Assembly: GCF_006345805.1 (NCBI RefSeq)
Contig: NC_043000.1
Coordinates: 120,652,001 to 120,716,000, forward strand
Source: Octopus sinensis
Lineage: Eukaryota
Direction of reading: 5' to 3'
DNA length: 64,000 nt
Notes under the pieces: generated by a model
Seen by the model: only the letters and a program-made list of their open reading frames with translations
Told to the model about the DNA's origin: nothing
Databases searched by the model: none
Shown here: positions 1 to 13,190 of the stretch, piece by piece
How positions within the stretch are numbered: the stretch's first letter is position 1
How the letters are laid out: each line of letters begins with the position of its first letter
Translations under genes and position numbers: made by a program

Positions 1-3000
1 TGCCGTGCAGAGGTTTCTCCTCCCACCTATCAGCCAATTGCTCGTGCGCTTTTTTCATTGCCATCATTTTCACCTTCTTTGCAACAATAGTTGCCGTACT
101 TCCCTCGGGTTGTTCAGTTTGGGTATCCTGCACGAGATCAATAGCAAATTGTTTGCTTTCCTTGATGATAGAATGAAGCTTCTTTCGTCTCTCGGATTTT
201 CACGAGCTTTAGCATCCAGTCATTCGATATTTCGAGATATTTGGCCAGTCCAATTGTGGTTGTTTTGTAAGCTAGTTCGAATTGGATCAGGCCTCGACCT
301 CCTTGGGCTCTGGGAGGTAAAGGCGATCTACGTCTGCCTTTGGGTGGTGCATCCTATTACAACTCAGCAGCTTGCGTATTTTCTATCTATATTCTTTACT
401 TCACTCATATTCCAGTTAAACACATTGTAGCTATAAGTAACAACTGGAACTGCTAAGGAATTTATAGCTAACACCTTGTTACGTGCATTTAGTTCAGATT
501 TCAGGACTGCACGAACTCTCCTATAACATTCCTCCTGATTTTCTCTTTCATGCTTGCATGCTGAATACCAGAGCCTTCATTTATCCCTAAATATTTGTAT
601 GTCTGTTCTTGCTCAAGCTCTCTTATGGACTGTGTCAACATCTAACACGACTGAATTTGTGGTCTTCACTTTCCCTTTCTGGAAAGTGGCCTTGGCACAC
701 TTCTCAAGTCCAAACTCCATCCCGATGGCATCGCTGAATGCTTTCACGGTGTGCAATAGGCCTTCAAGTTCATTATTGTCTTTACCATAAAGTTTTAAGT
801 CATCCATATAAAATAGATGGCTTATTTTTTTATTGGCAATTTTATACCCATACCCTGTTCTGTTTAATTCACTTGTAAGGTGTATTAGGGCTATGCAGAA
901 TATTAAAGGTGAAAGTGAGTCACCTTGAAAAATTCCACAGTTGATGTTTATATTTTCTGAGGCAAGTACTCCATTAGAGTGGTATAATTGGAGATTCGTA
1001 TTCCACAACGACATATTGTGCTTCAGGAAGTTTGAAATCACAGGGGAAATTTTAAGATGTCCAGCGATCTCAAGATCCATGGATGCGGTATACTGTCGAA
1101 GGCCTTTTTATAGTCAATCCATGCGGTGCTGAGATTTCTGCGCTTGTTGTGACAGTTCTCAAGGATCATACGATTGATTAGCAGTTGATCTTTGCATCCG
1201 TAAGAGCCTCGGCGGCACCCTTTTTGTTCAATGGGGAAAATATCGTTCTTCTCCATGAATGCATATGTTTTCTCCGCCAGGATAGATGTTAGGATTTTAT
1301 ACGTGGTGGATAGACAGGTTATAGGCCGATAGTTTTTTGGAAGGTTGGTTTCGTTATTCTTTGGGAGTAGGTAAGTAATGCCACTTGCTAACCATTCAGG
1401 TGTTTTCTTTGGGTCTCTCAAAATTCCATTGAGCAGCTGAACTAGCTTACCGTGTGCGCACGGGAGCGATGCGAGCCAGAAATTCGGCACCCTATCTTTA
1501 CCGGGGGATTTCCAATTATGGGCCTTCGTGAGTGCCTTTCTTAGGTCTGCTATTGTGATGTCTTCCCATGCTTGTTGTTGTAAATTTTGGTAGGATCCTT
1601 CAGTTTGTATAATCCAGTCTGCATTTATGTTGTACGTCTTCTTGTCACTCCAAATCCTTTCCCAAAAGTTTTGAACTTCTTCCATGGGAGGGGGGTCTTT
1701 AACGGTTACTTTCTCCTTCCCTATTTCTCTGTAGAATTTTTTGGCATTGGATGTGAACAGCTTATTTTGCTTGTAAAACTGTTTCTCTTCTCAAATCTTC
1801 GTATTCTTTGGGCTTTTGCTTGGACTTTTTGTTTCAGCGTTTCTTTTATTGATATCAGTTCTTCTCTTGGTGAGGATCCAAATTTTCTCTTCATCTTTCT
1901 TCCTGTTCTGGATCTTACATCATTTCCACATATTAGTTCATTTAATATTGATATTTCCCCTCTCATAAATTCAATCTCTTTTTCAATTTTACTTCTCCAG
2001 GTTTGATTTCTTCCCAGTTTTGTTTTCTTTGTTTTTTCGGGGGCATACAGCTGGTTTCAATTGCCCTAGCAGAAGCGTAAATAATTTCATTTAACTCAGT
2101 AAAATCAGGTTTTAATTCTCGTATTATTTCATTTGTTACATAGTTGCCATTTGGATTTGTTTTTTATTTTGGTTTGTATTTGAGAGTTTATGAAGCGGTT
2201 CTCTATCATTCATACTTGTATGTCTTACAACTTCAAGCGTATTCAGGATTTTCTGCCTCATTTCTGCCATAGACTCTGTGTTCTTCAGCAAATGCGAGAT
2301 CTTCAGTTACTGTTGTTTTTCGTTTTCCTGGCTATCTTTAACAGGTACAATAGAATTTCTTGTATCTTCAGGCCTTTGCGTACTTTGGTCAGATGGCAGT
2401 CTTTCAATTAAGCCTCGTGGCGGGCTATACTGTTCATCTGATTCTTCATTTCCTTTGTGTCTTATATTTATGTCATTTTCCGTTGCGTGCTTGATCGCAC
2501 TTATTTCACTGTCTGTGAGTCTGTTATTTCTAAAGATATCCCTCCTCACATTTGCTAATTTTTTCTCGTCCAAATAGGGCCTACTGTCTTGATTCCGTGT
2601 TATCCATATACTGTAAGAGTTTGCGGTGTGTCTCTCTTGAGATGGCCTACCTAATGCATAGTAATAAGCGTATATTATTTCTTTATACTCTTCTCGGGTC
2701 CATTTGTTCCGCTTACATTTTTCTTTCTGTGGTGGTTGTGGTGGTGAACTTGGAGGGCTCGAGTTGGGGAATTTCCCGTTCAAGTGACCATCCATGTCCG
2801 TATTCGGAGAAGAGTTTGTGCCAGTTGATGACTTTTCGATCCCAGGCTGGCTCTTCCCTGGGGGACGCGCTTCCAGATTAACCATAGGACAAGCGATTTG
2901 GTATACTGATTTAGTTTTCCTTTTAGTTTCCAAAAACATTTTGGTGCTACGATAATGTTATCATTTTTTAGCTTTGATTGGCTCGTGGGGAGACGGCCAT

Positions 3001-3030
3001 CATTGCCGTTACAATTATAATCGTACCATT
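1..3030 (-). mobile_element. R4/Dong-clade (RLE-type) non-LTR retrotransposon, decayed, runs off the left edge
   Basis: Minus-strand ORF pieces give KWTREEYKEIIYAYYY (R4-type N-terminus, 2307-2939), WKSPGKD, NYRPITCL, EQKGCRRGSYGCKDQLLIN, WIDYKKAFDSIPH (1038-1685), GIFQGDSLSPL, HLFYMDDLKLY (613-1080). Manual translation of ~200-530 gives RAVLKSELNARNKVLAINSLAVPVVTYS and HHPKADVDRLY. The 5' boundary is approximate. Confidence 0.9.
613..1685 (-). pseudogene. Reverse transcriptase domain of the R4/Dong element, frameshifted
   Basis: RT motifs split over ORFs 1038-1685 and 613-1080, with YMDD as the catalytic motif. Confidence 0.9.
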
Positions 3031-3268
3031 ATAGCAGCCGTAGTCGGCTTATTATTGTTATTATCTTCACCATTACCATCACTATCATCATTATCACCAC
3101 CATTACCATCATCATTATCATCATCACCATCACCATCACCACCATCATCATCAATGATATTGTTTTATGTGTAGTCACAGCAGTATCTTATTATTGTTAT
3201 TTTTGTTTTTTTATCATTATCACCATCACAGTAGTGTCTGTCTGTCTCGTTGGCTGGCTTGGTTATTA

Positions 3269-3303
<35 letters not shown>

Positions 3304-3304
<1 letters not shown>

Positions 3305-3540
3305 ATGAAAACTTGTTGCTTATTTTACTTGGTATGATCGAAAGTGTCAGCTCTCCACAGCCAACAGACTAAGGTGACACTTGTTTACTGGTAATGTTTT
3401 AAGAACCTGCGAAGAATTCTTGCAGTTCCAAGCAATGCTGATTTTTCTTGGCGTTCTACCTTCACACCTGCACCAATCTTTTTCAGCCATGTTAGTAATT
3501 GAGTGCTGATACTTCTAAGTACACCAATTGCTATTGGTAT
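3304..3540 (-). mobile_element. 3' terminal fragment of an R4/Dong-type element (ORF C-terminus, 3' UTR, TAA tail)
   Basis: 3539->3385 translates as PIAIGVLRSISTQLLTWLKKIGAGVKVERQEKSALLGTARILRRFLKHYQ*, the typical R4 C-terminal LLGTARILR motif. About 80 nt of UTR and (TAA)n follow. Confidence 0.85.
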
Positions 3541-3700
3541 TACGTCTACTCTCGTCATTGACCAGAACCTTCGTATTTCCCACTTTAAATCGTCATAATT
3601 GTTTCTTTCTTTCTTCTTCTTTCACATTGGTCCTGTTGTCACCGGGGCATATACATGTTCTTTCTTTTTCCTTCATCACAACAATGTCTCGTTTATTATT

Positions 3701-3885
3701 AAGGCGGCGAACTGGTAGAACTGTTAGCGCGCCGGACATAAAGGTTTTGCGTTCTTAGTTCAAATTCCGCTGAGATCGATTTTGCATATAATTCTTTCCG
3801 GGTCGATAAATTAAGTACCAGACAAGTCCTGGGGTCGATACAATTGACTTACCCACTCCAACAATTTTGCAGGACTTATGCCTTT
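3701..3885 (+). mobile_element. tRNA-derived SINE, family A
   Basis: aaggcggcgaactggtagaactgttagc head and gttcaaattccgctgag B-box-like segment match many other copies in the window. Confidence 0.75.
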
Positions 3886-4039
3886 AGTAAAACGGATTAT
3901 TACCATTATTATTATTATTATCTTCTTTTAATTTTGTTTTCATTTGTTGCTGAGTGTCTTGCCAACACCTAGGGCAAAGAAACTCTTATCATCATCATCA
4001 TCATTATTATTATTATTATTATCATTATTATTATTAATA

Positions 4040-4188
4040 TTATCTTATTGTCTTTGCACAGTTTCTAACGCTGGAGATGTACTACGGTGTCAGCTGTTCA
4101 CTACCAGTGAACCAAAATCACAGCCCTTATTTTTCGAGCACCTTCCGGAGTATTCGAGCGGTTCCAAGCAGTGCTTCTTTTTTGTATT
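4040..4188 (-). mobile_element. 3' terminal fragment of a second R4/Dong subfamily
   Basis: Minus strand reads KKEALLGTARILRKVLEK* (stop at 4127-4129), then a 3' UTR, with (TAA)n on both sides. Confidence 0.8.
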
Positions 4189-4208
4189 ATTATTATTATT
4201 ATTATTAA

Positions 4209-4241
<33 letters not shown>

Positions 4242-4989
4242 CATCATCCTTATTACTATTACCATCATCATGATCATCATCATCATCAATATTATTTTCA
4301 TCGTAGTGCTTTGTTTACACGAGCTTTTCGGCAGCAAATCTTCTCCAGAGATTTGATGCAACGTCGTGATTAGCTATGATATATTGCATAGGAGGGAGAC
4401 CAAAATGCTGAGAATTATGTTTCTTTCCCTCCGTTCCTGCTCCTCCTGCACCTTCTCCCGCTCCTGTTGCTGCTGCTTGCCCTCCTCCTCGTCCTCCTCC
4501 TTCTCCTCTCTCTCTCTCTCTCTGTCTATCTATCTGTCTATGACTCCCTTCTCTTCTCTCCTCCTTCCCCCCTCCTCTTTCGCATCTACTCCTATCCCTC
4601 CTCTTCATCGCCTTTCTCCATCTCTCCCTCCTTTCCCTTCTCTTCCTCTCCCTTCCCTTCCCCTCCGCTTCCTCTTCCTTCTCTCCCTTCTCCACCTCTC
4701 TCTCCTCCTCTCCTCTTCCTCCCCTCTTCCTCCCCTCCTCTTCTCCCTCCTCTTCTCCCTCCTCTCCTCCTCTTTAACATTCTCCTCTTCATCCTCCTCC
4801 TCTTCATCCTCACCCTCTTCATCCTTCCCTCTTCATCCCCTTCTCTACATCTTCCCCTCTTCATCCTTCCCTCTTCATCCTTCCCTCTTCATCCTCCTCC
4901 TCTCCCTCCTCCCCCCACCTCCATCACCTCCCTCCCGCTATCCCATCTCTACCTCCTCCTCTCCCTCCCCCGCCTGCTCTCTTACTTAC

Positions 4990-5022
<33 letters not shown>

Positions 5023-5032
5023 TATTATTAAT

Positions 5033-5180
5033 ATTATCTTATTGTCTTTGCACAGTTTCTAACGCTGGAGATGTACTACGGTGTCAGCTGTTCACTACCA
5101 GTGAACCAAAATCACAGCCCTTATTTTTCGAGCACCTTCCGGAGTATTCGAGCGGTTCCAAGCAGTGCTTCTTTTTTGTA
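5033..5180 (-). mobile_element. Duplicate of the R4/Dong 3' fragment at 4040-4188
   Basis: Essentially identical sequence at a 993-bp offset. Confidence 0.8.
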
Positions 5181-5984
5181 TTATTATTATTATTATTATT
5201 AATATTATTATATTATTATTATTATTATTATTATCATCATCCTTATTACTATTACCATCATCATGATCATCATCATCATCAATATTATTTTCATCGTAGT
5301 GCTTTGTTTACACGAGCTTTTCGGCAGCAAATCTTCTCCAGAGATTTGATGCAACGTCGTGATTAGCTATGATATATTGCATAGGAGGGAGACCAAAATG
5401 CTGAGAATTATGTTTCTTTCCCTCCGTTCCTGCTCCTCCTGCACCTTCTCCCGCTCCTGTTGCTGCTGCTTGCCCTCCTCCTCGTCCTCCTCCTTCTCCT
5501 CTCTCTCTCTCTCTCTGTCTATCTATCTGTCTATGACTCCCTTCTCTTTCTCCTCCTTCCCCCCTCCTCTTTCGCATCTACTCCTATCCCTCCTCTTCAT
5601 CGCCTTTCTCCATCTCTCCCTCCTTTCCCTTCTCTTCCTCTCCCTTCCCTTCCCCTCCGCTTCCTCTTCCTTCTCTCCCTTCTCCACCTCTCTCTCCTCC
5701 TCTCCTCTTCCTCCCCTCTTCATCCTTCCCTCTTCATCCCCTTCTCTACATCTTCCCCTCTTCATCCTTCCCTCTTCATCCTTCCCTCTTCATCCCCTTC
5801 TCTACATCTTCCCCTCTTCATCCTTCCCTCTTCATCCCCTTCTCTACATCTTCCCCTCTTCATCCTTCCCTCTTCATCCTTCCCTCTTCATCCTCCTCCT
5901 CTCCCTCCTCCCCCCACCTCCATCACCTCCCTCCCGCTATCCCATCTCTACCTCCTCCTCTCCCTCCCCCGCCTGCTCTCTTTA

Positions 5985-6020
<36 letters not shown>

Positions 6021-6789
6021 CATTATTATTGTTATTATTACTATTATTACTATTATTATTATTGTTATTATTATTATTATTATTGTTATTATCATTATTA
6101 TTACTATTATCATTATTATTATTATTATTATTATCATCCTTATTATCATTATAATCATCATCATCATCATCATCATTATTATCATTATTATTACTGCTTC
6201 CTTCGTGCTTATCTTGCAAACAGGCATTCTATATAGTCTGGTTTAAATGCGAAACATTTTATAAGCCGAAGTTTGGCAGAAATCTGTCGAACGCCTTTTG
6301 CAGCACTACTTACAGTCGCGTTTCTTTAATTCCCCATTTCAAATCCCGGCGGGGTTAACATTGTTTACATCAGTCTGAGTCGCATTTAACTATTAACAGT
6401 CAATTACTCTCGGAGACTTATAAAGGAGGAGTATTTGTAAATAATCTCGTTGCGTATGAATTGGAAATTCATTCCCTCAGGCAAATAGAGACATTGCATT
6501 ATCCGAGCTATATCATTGAACGTTTTCAATAATAAAACAGTATTATATTCGGTACTTTTATAGACGACATTTTAATCTGCAAGTTACTTATCTTTCACAT
6601 TAAAATTGGAAACTATGAACAGTTGAAGTTAATTTTTTTTCTTCTTTCCAATAAATTTCAGTCATTGACACACAGTTTCTGTCTATGACGCATTTAAAGT
6701 TACAAGCCAATCGCCAGCCATGACCGCTAGGGTTACGTTAGCGACAATAATCAGATTCATCAATGTTATCTCCAACGTAATCAATACAC

Positions 6790-7175
6790 TGCAACACCGA
6801 CTACAACAACACCGACTACAACCACCACCACCACCACCTCCACTACCACCAACACCACGACCACCACCACCATAACCACCAACACCACCACCAGCAGCAG
6901 CACCACCACCACTACCACCACCACCACCATCACCAGCACAACTACCACCACCACCATCACCACTACCAGCACCACCACTACCAGTACCACCAAAACCACC
7001 ACCATCACCACAACCACCAACACCACTACCAGCAGCAGCAGCACCAGTACAACCACCACCACCACCATCACCACTACCAGCACCAGCACCACCACCACTA
7101 CCACCAGTACCACCACTACTACCACCACCACCAGCTCCATCACCCCCTCACCCCCACCCCCATCACCATCACCCC
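6790..7175. repeat. (CAC/CAG/TAC)n trinucleotide microsatellite
   Basis: Seen directly; it explains the poly-Val ORF. Confidence 0.9.
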
Positions 7176-7210
7176 ACTCCCATAAAAAGGATCCATAATA
7201 TTACCAGTAT

Positions 7211-7420
7211 TAAGGTGGCGAGCTGGCAGAGTGGTTTGCAGTGGAACAAAATCTCTAGCGGCATTTCATCCGTATTTACGTTCTGAGTTCGAACACCGCC
7301 GGGGTCGACTTTGCCTTTCATACTTTCGGGGTCGATAAAATAGGTACCAGTTGAGAACTGAGGTTCGACTTAATTGACTTATCCTCTCCCTCAAAATGAC
7401 TGGCCTTGTGCCAAAATTTT
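7211..7420 (+). mobile_element. tRNA-derived SINE, family A
   Basis: aaggtggcgagctggcag...gtcgactttgcctttcat...gtcgataaa...taccagtt. Confidence 0.8.
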
Positions 7421-7440
7421 AAACCAATATCATAAACAAC

Positions 7441-7845
7441 AGGCGTAGGAGTGGCTGTGTGGTAAGTAGCTTGCTTACCAACCACATGGTTCCGGGTTCA
7501 CTACCACTGCGTGGAACCTTGGGCAAGTGTCTTCTACTATAGCCTCGGGCTGACCAAAGCCTTGTGAGTGGATTTGGTAGACGGAAACTGAAAGAAGCTC
7601 GTCGTATATATGTATATATGTGTATGTATGTGTGTCTGTGTTTGTTCCCTTCCCCAACATCGCTTGACAACCGATGCTGGTGTGTTTACGTCCCCGTAAC
7701 TTAGCGGTTTGGCAAAAGACACCGATAGAATAAATACTAGGCTTACAAAGAATAAGTGCTGGGGTCGATTTGTTCGAGTAAATGGAGTGCTCCAGCATGG
7801 CCGCAGTCTAATGACTGAAACAACTAAAAGAGTAAAAGATTAAGA
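7441..7845 (+). mobile_element. tRNA-derived SINE, family B (internal TA/TG microsatellite)
   Basis: ggagtggctgtgtggtaag head, ccttgggcaagtgtctt core and gctccagcatggccgcagtc...actgaaac tail; more than 10 copies in the window. Confidence 0.85.
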
Positions 7846-8615
7846 GTAACACATGCTCCACAACCACGACACCATTATCAACTTAACCATCGTTATCCCT
7901 CCTAGGACCACAGCCAATAACAAGAGCAGAATCTATATTTCCAACGTCACCATTCTTACCACCACCATCACTACTGCCGCTACAACCACCCCAGCCATCG
8001 TCTTTAGGTCCTTCCCGAGTCATATAGACTCACAAGGACCGGTTTTCAGGTTTCTCTGGCGTATATATTCCCCGCTATACGGGACACAGGTCGGTAGCAA
8101 GATGACTCATGTTTTATCACCTGAATGGACTGGAGTAATCTGTAATGAAGTGTTTTGCTCAAGAACACAACGTATCGTCTGGTCCAGGTATTGAAACCAC
8201 AATCTGTCGATCATGAATCCAACACCCCTAACTACTAAACCATGCGCCTCCATAGGCCATCGTCTTTACACGTCTAACATTACTGTTAGCTTTAACGCGG
8301 CAAGGTGGCTGAATTGTTAAGTATGCGTGGCAAAATGCTTAGCGACGTTAGGTTCGTGTTTACGTTCTGAGTTCAAATCCTGCTGAGGTTAACTTCGCTT
8401 TTCGTGTATCAGGGTCGATAAAATTAGTACTAGTTGAGGTAACCGACTTGCTTCTACCTCGGCATTCCCGGCCTAGTACCAACATTTAAATCTAATATTA
8501 CTTGTAGCACTTTAACTGGTTATGTATTGCATGAGAAGATGTTATAATGAGCAAGTACACAAATAATTGCATCAAAATGGGTAGCTTGCTAAAATTTTAA
8601 TTTATCGGACTAATT

Positions 8616-9208
8616 TTGGATGCACCAACAACAAAGGGCCAACTATCTAAGATAGAATCGCTCCAAAGAAATTTTACCTCATACTTCTCAGAAACGAGGG
8701 ACCTGGACTATTGGCAAAGACTCAAAACCTTGAGGATGTACTCAATAGAAAGAAGATTTGAGCGATACCGAATTATATACATGTGGAAAATGATAGAGCA
8801 GAAGGTGCCAAACTTTGGTATCAAAACCTACCACTCACTGCGCCACGGAAGACGCTGCCAGCTGCCACCAATCAACAAAAAGGCTGGCCAGGCAGCAAAA
8901 ACCCTGCGAGAATCAAGTCTGTTGGTTCGAGGAGCACAACTGTTCAACTCCATTCCGGTACATGTCAGAAATCTATCAGGATGCAGTGTGGAATCATTCA
9001 AATTGCAACTGGATAGATACTTAAGCACCATTAGAGATGAACCCCATCTCCCAGGATATACACAACGAGCACAAACTGACTCAAACTCGCTCCTACACAT
9101 GTCAAATTTAAGCAGAGAATACAACCTGGCAACCACACCAGACTCTGAGGGTGGAGTCTTCGACTTGGCCTGAGCATGGACTCAAACCCAAATGAAATGA
9201 AATGAAAG
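8616..9208 (+). mobile_element. CR1/L2-type LINE 3' fragment (RT C-terminal region, UTR, (AAATG)n tail)
   Basis: ORF 8616-9173: IESLQRNFT, LDYWQRLKTLRMYSIERRFERYRIIYMWK, RGAQLFNSIP, FKLQLDRYL. The tail aaatgaaatgaaatg lies at ~9190-9205. Confidence 0.85.
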
Positions 9209-9449
9209 TCAAAACCGACTTTGCCAAGATTTAAGCAAAAAATATTCAAGATAACCTTTTGGTGTTAATACAGCTTGACCTGCTATTAATTTTTAATAAG
9301 GCCAATAGCTATATACGACACCTGTGTCTGAACAGACACAGATTCTATATATCGTCGACGGGAGGTTCGGCTGTCATGCAGCTGCTGAACATCTGCCACT
9401 GAGGAACCCATAGCAGGCTGAAATTACGTGATCTAGCAGTTCCAGTGGT

Positions 9450-9520
<71 letters not shown>

Positions 9521-9607
9521 ATTTGAATTCAGAACGTAGCGGCAGACGAAATACCGCCAAGCATTTCGCCCGGCGTGCTAACGAATCTTCCAGGTCGCTG
9601 CTTGATA

Positions 9608-9645
<38 letters not shown>

Positions 9646-9904
9646 TAATAATAATAATGATAATAATAATAATAATAATAATAATTATTATTATTATTAT
9701 TATTATTATTCTTTCTACTACTAGCAAAAGGCCTGACATTTTTGGGAAAGGGATAGTCAATTTCATCGACCCTAGTGTTCAACTGGTACTTATTTTATCG
9801 ACCCTGAAAGGATTAAAGGCAAAGTCGACCTCGGCGGAATTTGAACTAAGATCTTAGTGACCGGCGAAATACCGCTAAGCATTTCGCCCGGCCTGCTAAC
9901 GATT

Positions 9905-10845
9905 CTTTTTAACTCTAGGCACAAGGCCCGAAATTTTGGGGGAGGGAGCCAGTCGATTAGATCGACTCCAGTACGCAACTGGTACTTATTTTATCGACCC
10001 CTAAAGGATGAAAGGCAAAGTAAACCTTGGCGGAATTTGAACTTTGAACAGTGCCGGGCGAAATACCTATTTCTTTATTACCCACAAGGGGCTAAACACA
10101 GAGGGGACAAAGAAGGACAGACAAACGTATTAAGTCGATTACGTCGACCCCAGTGCGTAACTGGCACTTAATTTATCGACCCCGAAAGGATGAAAGACAA
10201 AGTCGACCTCGGCGGAATTTGAACTTTGAACAGTGCCGGGCGAAATACCTATTTCTTTACTACCCACAAGGGGCTAAACACAGAGGGGACAAAGAAGGAC
10301 ATACAAACGTATTAAGTCGATTACGTCGACCCCAGTGCGTAACTGGCACTTAATTTATCGACCCCGAAAGGATGAAAGACAAAGTCGACCTCGGCGGAAT
10401 TTGAACTTTGAACAGTGCCGGGCGAAATACCTATTTCTTTACTACCCACAAGGGGCTAAACACAGAGGGGACAAAGAAGGACATACAAACGTATTAAGTC
10501 GATTACGTCGACCCCAGTGCGTAACTGGCACTTAATTTATCGACCCCGAAAGGATGAAAGACAAAGTCGACCTCGGCGGAATTTGAACTTTGAACAGTGC
10601 CGGGCGAAATACCTATTTCTTTACTACCCACAAGGGGCTAAACACAGAGGGGACAAACAAAGACAGACAAACGGATTAAGTCGATTACATCGACCCCAGT
10701 GCGTAACTGGTACATAATTTATCGATCCCGAAAGGATGAAAGGCAAAGTCGACCTCGGCGGAATTTGAACTCAGAACGTAACAGCAGACGAAGTACGGCT
10801 ACGCATTTCGCCCGGCGTGCTAACATTTCTGCCAGCTCGCCGCGT
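9905..10845 (-). repeat. Head-to-tail array of a 182-bp family A SINE body plus tail unit (about 4 units, with the SINE head at the right end)
   Basis: ORF starts at 10153, 10335, 10517 and 10699 give an exact 182-bp period; the units are nearly identical. Confidence 0.92.
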
Positions 10846-12266
10846 GTAATGATGATTGTAAAAATATTCATGATTGAAACTTGCAACCGCGCTTTCGCTA
10901 ATGATGACGATGGGTGACGACAACAACGAGGACTACGACGACGATGGCATTTCGGGGTGGTGACGGCGGTGGTGGTGGTGATGCCGGTGGCGATGGACGT
11001 GCGGGTATAGATAACTTCAATTGGCAATTAGAAGAATTCCGATGTCTGTGACAATGATAACAGATGCAGTCAGTAAGCCAACAATGAGAATAGCGATAAA
11101 ACAATAAAACTTACTTGAAATTCCGTCGTCATCTTCCTCAATAGCTCGTTTGGATTCTTGCTATGGTTTCCATCTGCAACGCATTGCTATCGCATTCCTT
11201 GCCTATAATATACAAACCCTCAACAACATTATTTCGCCTCTGGCTTACACACGTACATATATATATTGTGTATGTGTGTGTATGTGTGAGTGAGTGTGTG
11301 TATCTATCTATAAGTATATATGTATGTATATATATATGTGTGTGTGTGTATATGTATGTATTTATGTATGTGTGTATGTGTGTGTGATATAGCTATAATT
11401 TTATAAATACATTTATGTGCATGTTTTTGTATGTATCTATAAGTACATATATATATATATTTATATATATATATACACGTGTGTGTGTGTGCGTGTGTAT
11501 GTGTGTTTGTGTGAGTGTGTGTATATATCTTTATTAATGTTTATACATTTATATGTGTGCGTGTGTGTGTGTATGTTTGAGTGTGTGTGTATGTGTGAGT
11601 GTGTGTGTATATATCTATAATTATATATATTCATTTACATGTGTGCGTGTGTGTGTATGTATCTATAAGTATATATATGTGCGTGTGTGTGTGAGTGTGT
11701 GTGAATGTATGTGTATGTATCTATAATTATCTTTAAAATCTATATATGAGAGTGTGTGTGTGTGCGTGTGGGTATGTATCTATGAGGATATATGTATATA
11801 TATATCTATATATGTGTGTGTGTGCTAATTCTTTTTGCTATTGTAGCTGATTTTAAATTCACCATTTTATCGTGTTTTTAGATGGGTTGATGTTAGGGGT
11901 GAGGGTATACCTATTGTTTTCATTGTTCTTATTTGTTATCTGTTTGGCGGTGATAAAAAACAAAAGCCAAACAGAAACTGAAGCAAAATGACAATGGTAA
12001 AATGTACTAACACAAATACCAATCACTACGTCTAACTCTATAATCACTACCGCCTCCGTTGTAAACAATTAAGGACGTTAAAATGGGATTCGTCTCAGTA
12101 TTTTAAAAGTTGTTACGTGTGTAAAGTATGAACTGGGAATATTTTTGAAAATATATCGGAGACACTAAATCTGGGTAACTCTAACTATTCTTTCGTTCTT
12201 ATCGGTTGCTTTTGCCGAACCGCTAAGTTACGGGGACGTAACTGCACCAACACCGGTTATCAAGCG

Positions 12267-12478
12267 GCGAGCTGGCAGAATCGTTAGCACACCGGGCGAA
12301 ATACGTAGCCGTATTTCGTCTGCCGTTACGTTCTGAGTTCAAATTCCGCCGAGGTCGACTTTGCCTTTCATCCTTTCGGGGTCGATAAATTAAGTACCAG
12401 TTACCACTGGGGTCAATGTAATCGACTTAATCCGTTTGTCCCCTCTGTGTTTAGCCCCTTGTGGGTAGTAAAGAAATA
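12267..12478 (+). mobile_element. Full tailed family A SINE inserted in a family B SINE, 12-bp TSD
   Basis: ggttatcaagcg occurs at 12255-12266 and 12479-12490; the flanks are minus-strand family B sequence. Confidence 0.85.
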
Positions 12479-12796
12479 GGTTATCAAGCGATGGTACGGG
12501 TGACAAACACAGACCCACAAATATGTGTGTGCATGTGTGTGTGTGTATAACGGGCTCCTTTCAGTTTCCATCAACCAAATCCACTCACAAGGCTTCGGTC
12601 GGCTCGTGGCTATTGTAGAAGACACTTGCCTAAGGTGCCACGCAGTGAGGACTGAGCCCGGAAACCTTATGGTTGGGAAGCAAGCTTCTTATCAACCAAC
12701 AGCCACGCCTGCACCTGTAACAGCTTTTATCCTGTACACGCACGCATACTCACAGACAACTTAAATACAGCCCCCCCCCCCCACATATTATACATG

Positions 12797-12828
<32 letters not shown>

Positions 12829-12834
12829 ATAATA

Positions 12835-12877
<43 letters not shown>

Positions 12878-12990
12878 AATAAATGTGTATAATTATATAT
12901 ACCTGTATTTGCATATATGTATATATATATATATATTATATATATATATATATAATATATATTATATATTATATATATAATATATATATA

Positions 12991-13028
<38 letters not shown>

Positions 13029-13141
13029 AAACAAGTAAAAAATAGAAAATGCTAAAATAATTTTATAGTGAATTATTTAGCATTTTCTATTTTTTACTTG
13101 TTTTTTCATATATATCAACTCGTGTGTTCCTTTTCACCCTT

Positions 13142-13190
<49 letters not shown>

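Larger units (their letters stand above)
4010..5990. repeat. ~993-bp direct tandem duplication (R4 3' end, TAA tracts, unique spacer, CT-rich low-complexity tract)
   Basis: Matching ORF starts are offset by 993 (4366/5359, 4467/5460). The copies differ mainly in microsatellite length. Confidence 0.85.

Noticed and set aside
2840-3030. HDV-like ribozyme at the R4 5' end
   Set aside because: It is expected from the biology of related elements, but I could not find the nested pseudoknot by eye.
9610-9710. (AAT)n followed by (ATT)n palindrome
   Set aside because: Simple back-to-back microsatellites beside SINEs, with no independent structure.
9905-10845. CRISPR-like regular array
   Set aside because: The whole 182-bp unit is repeated with no unique spacers, it is SINE-derived, the context is eukaryotic, and there are no cas genes.
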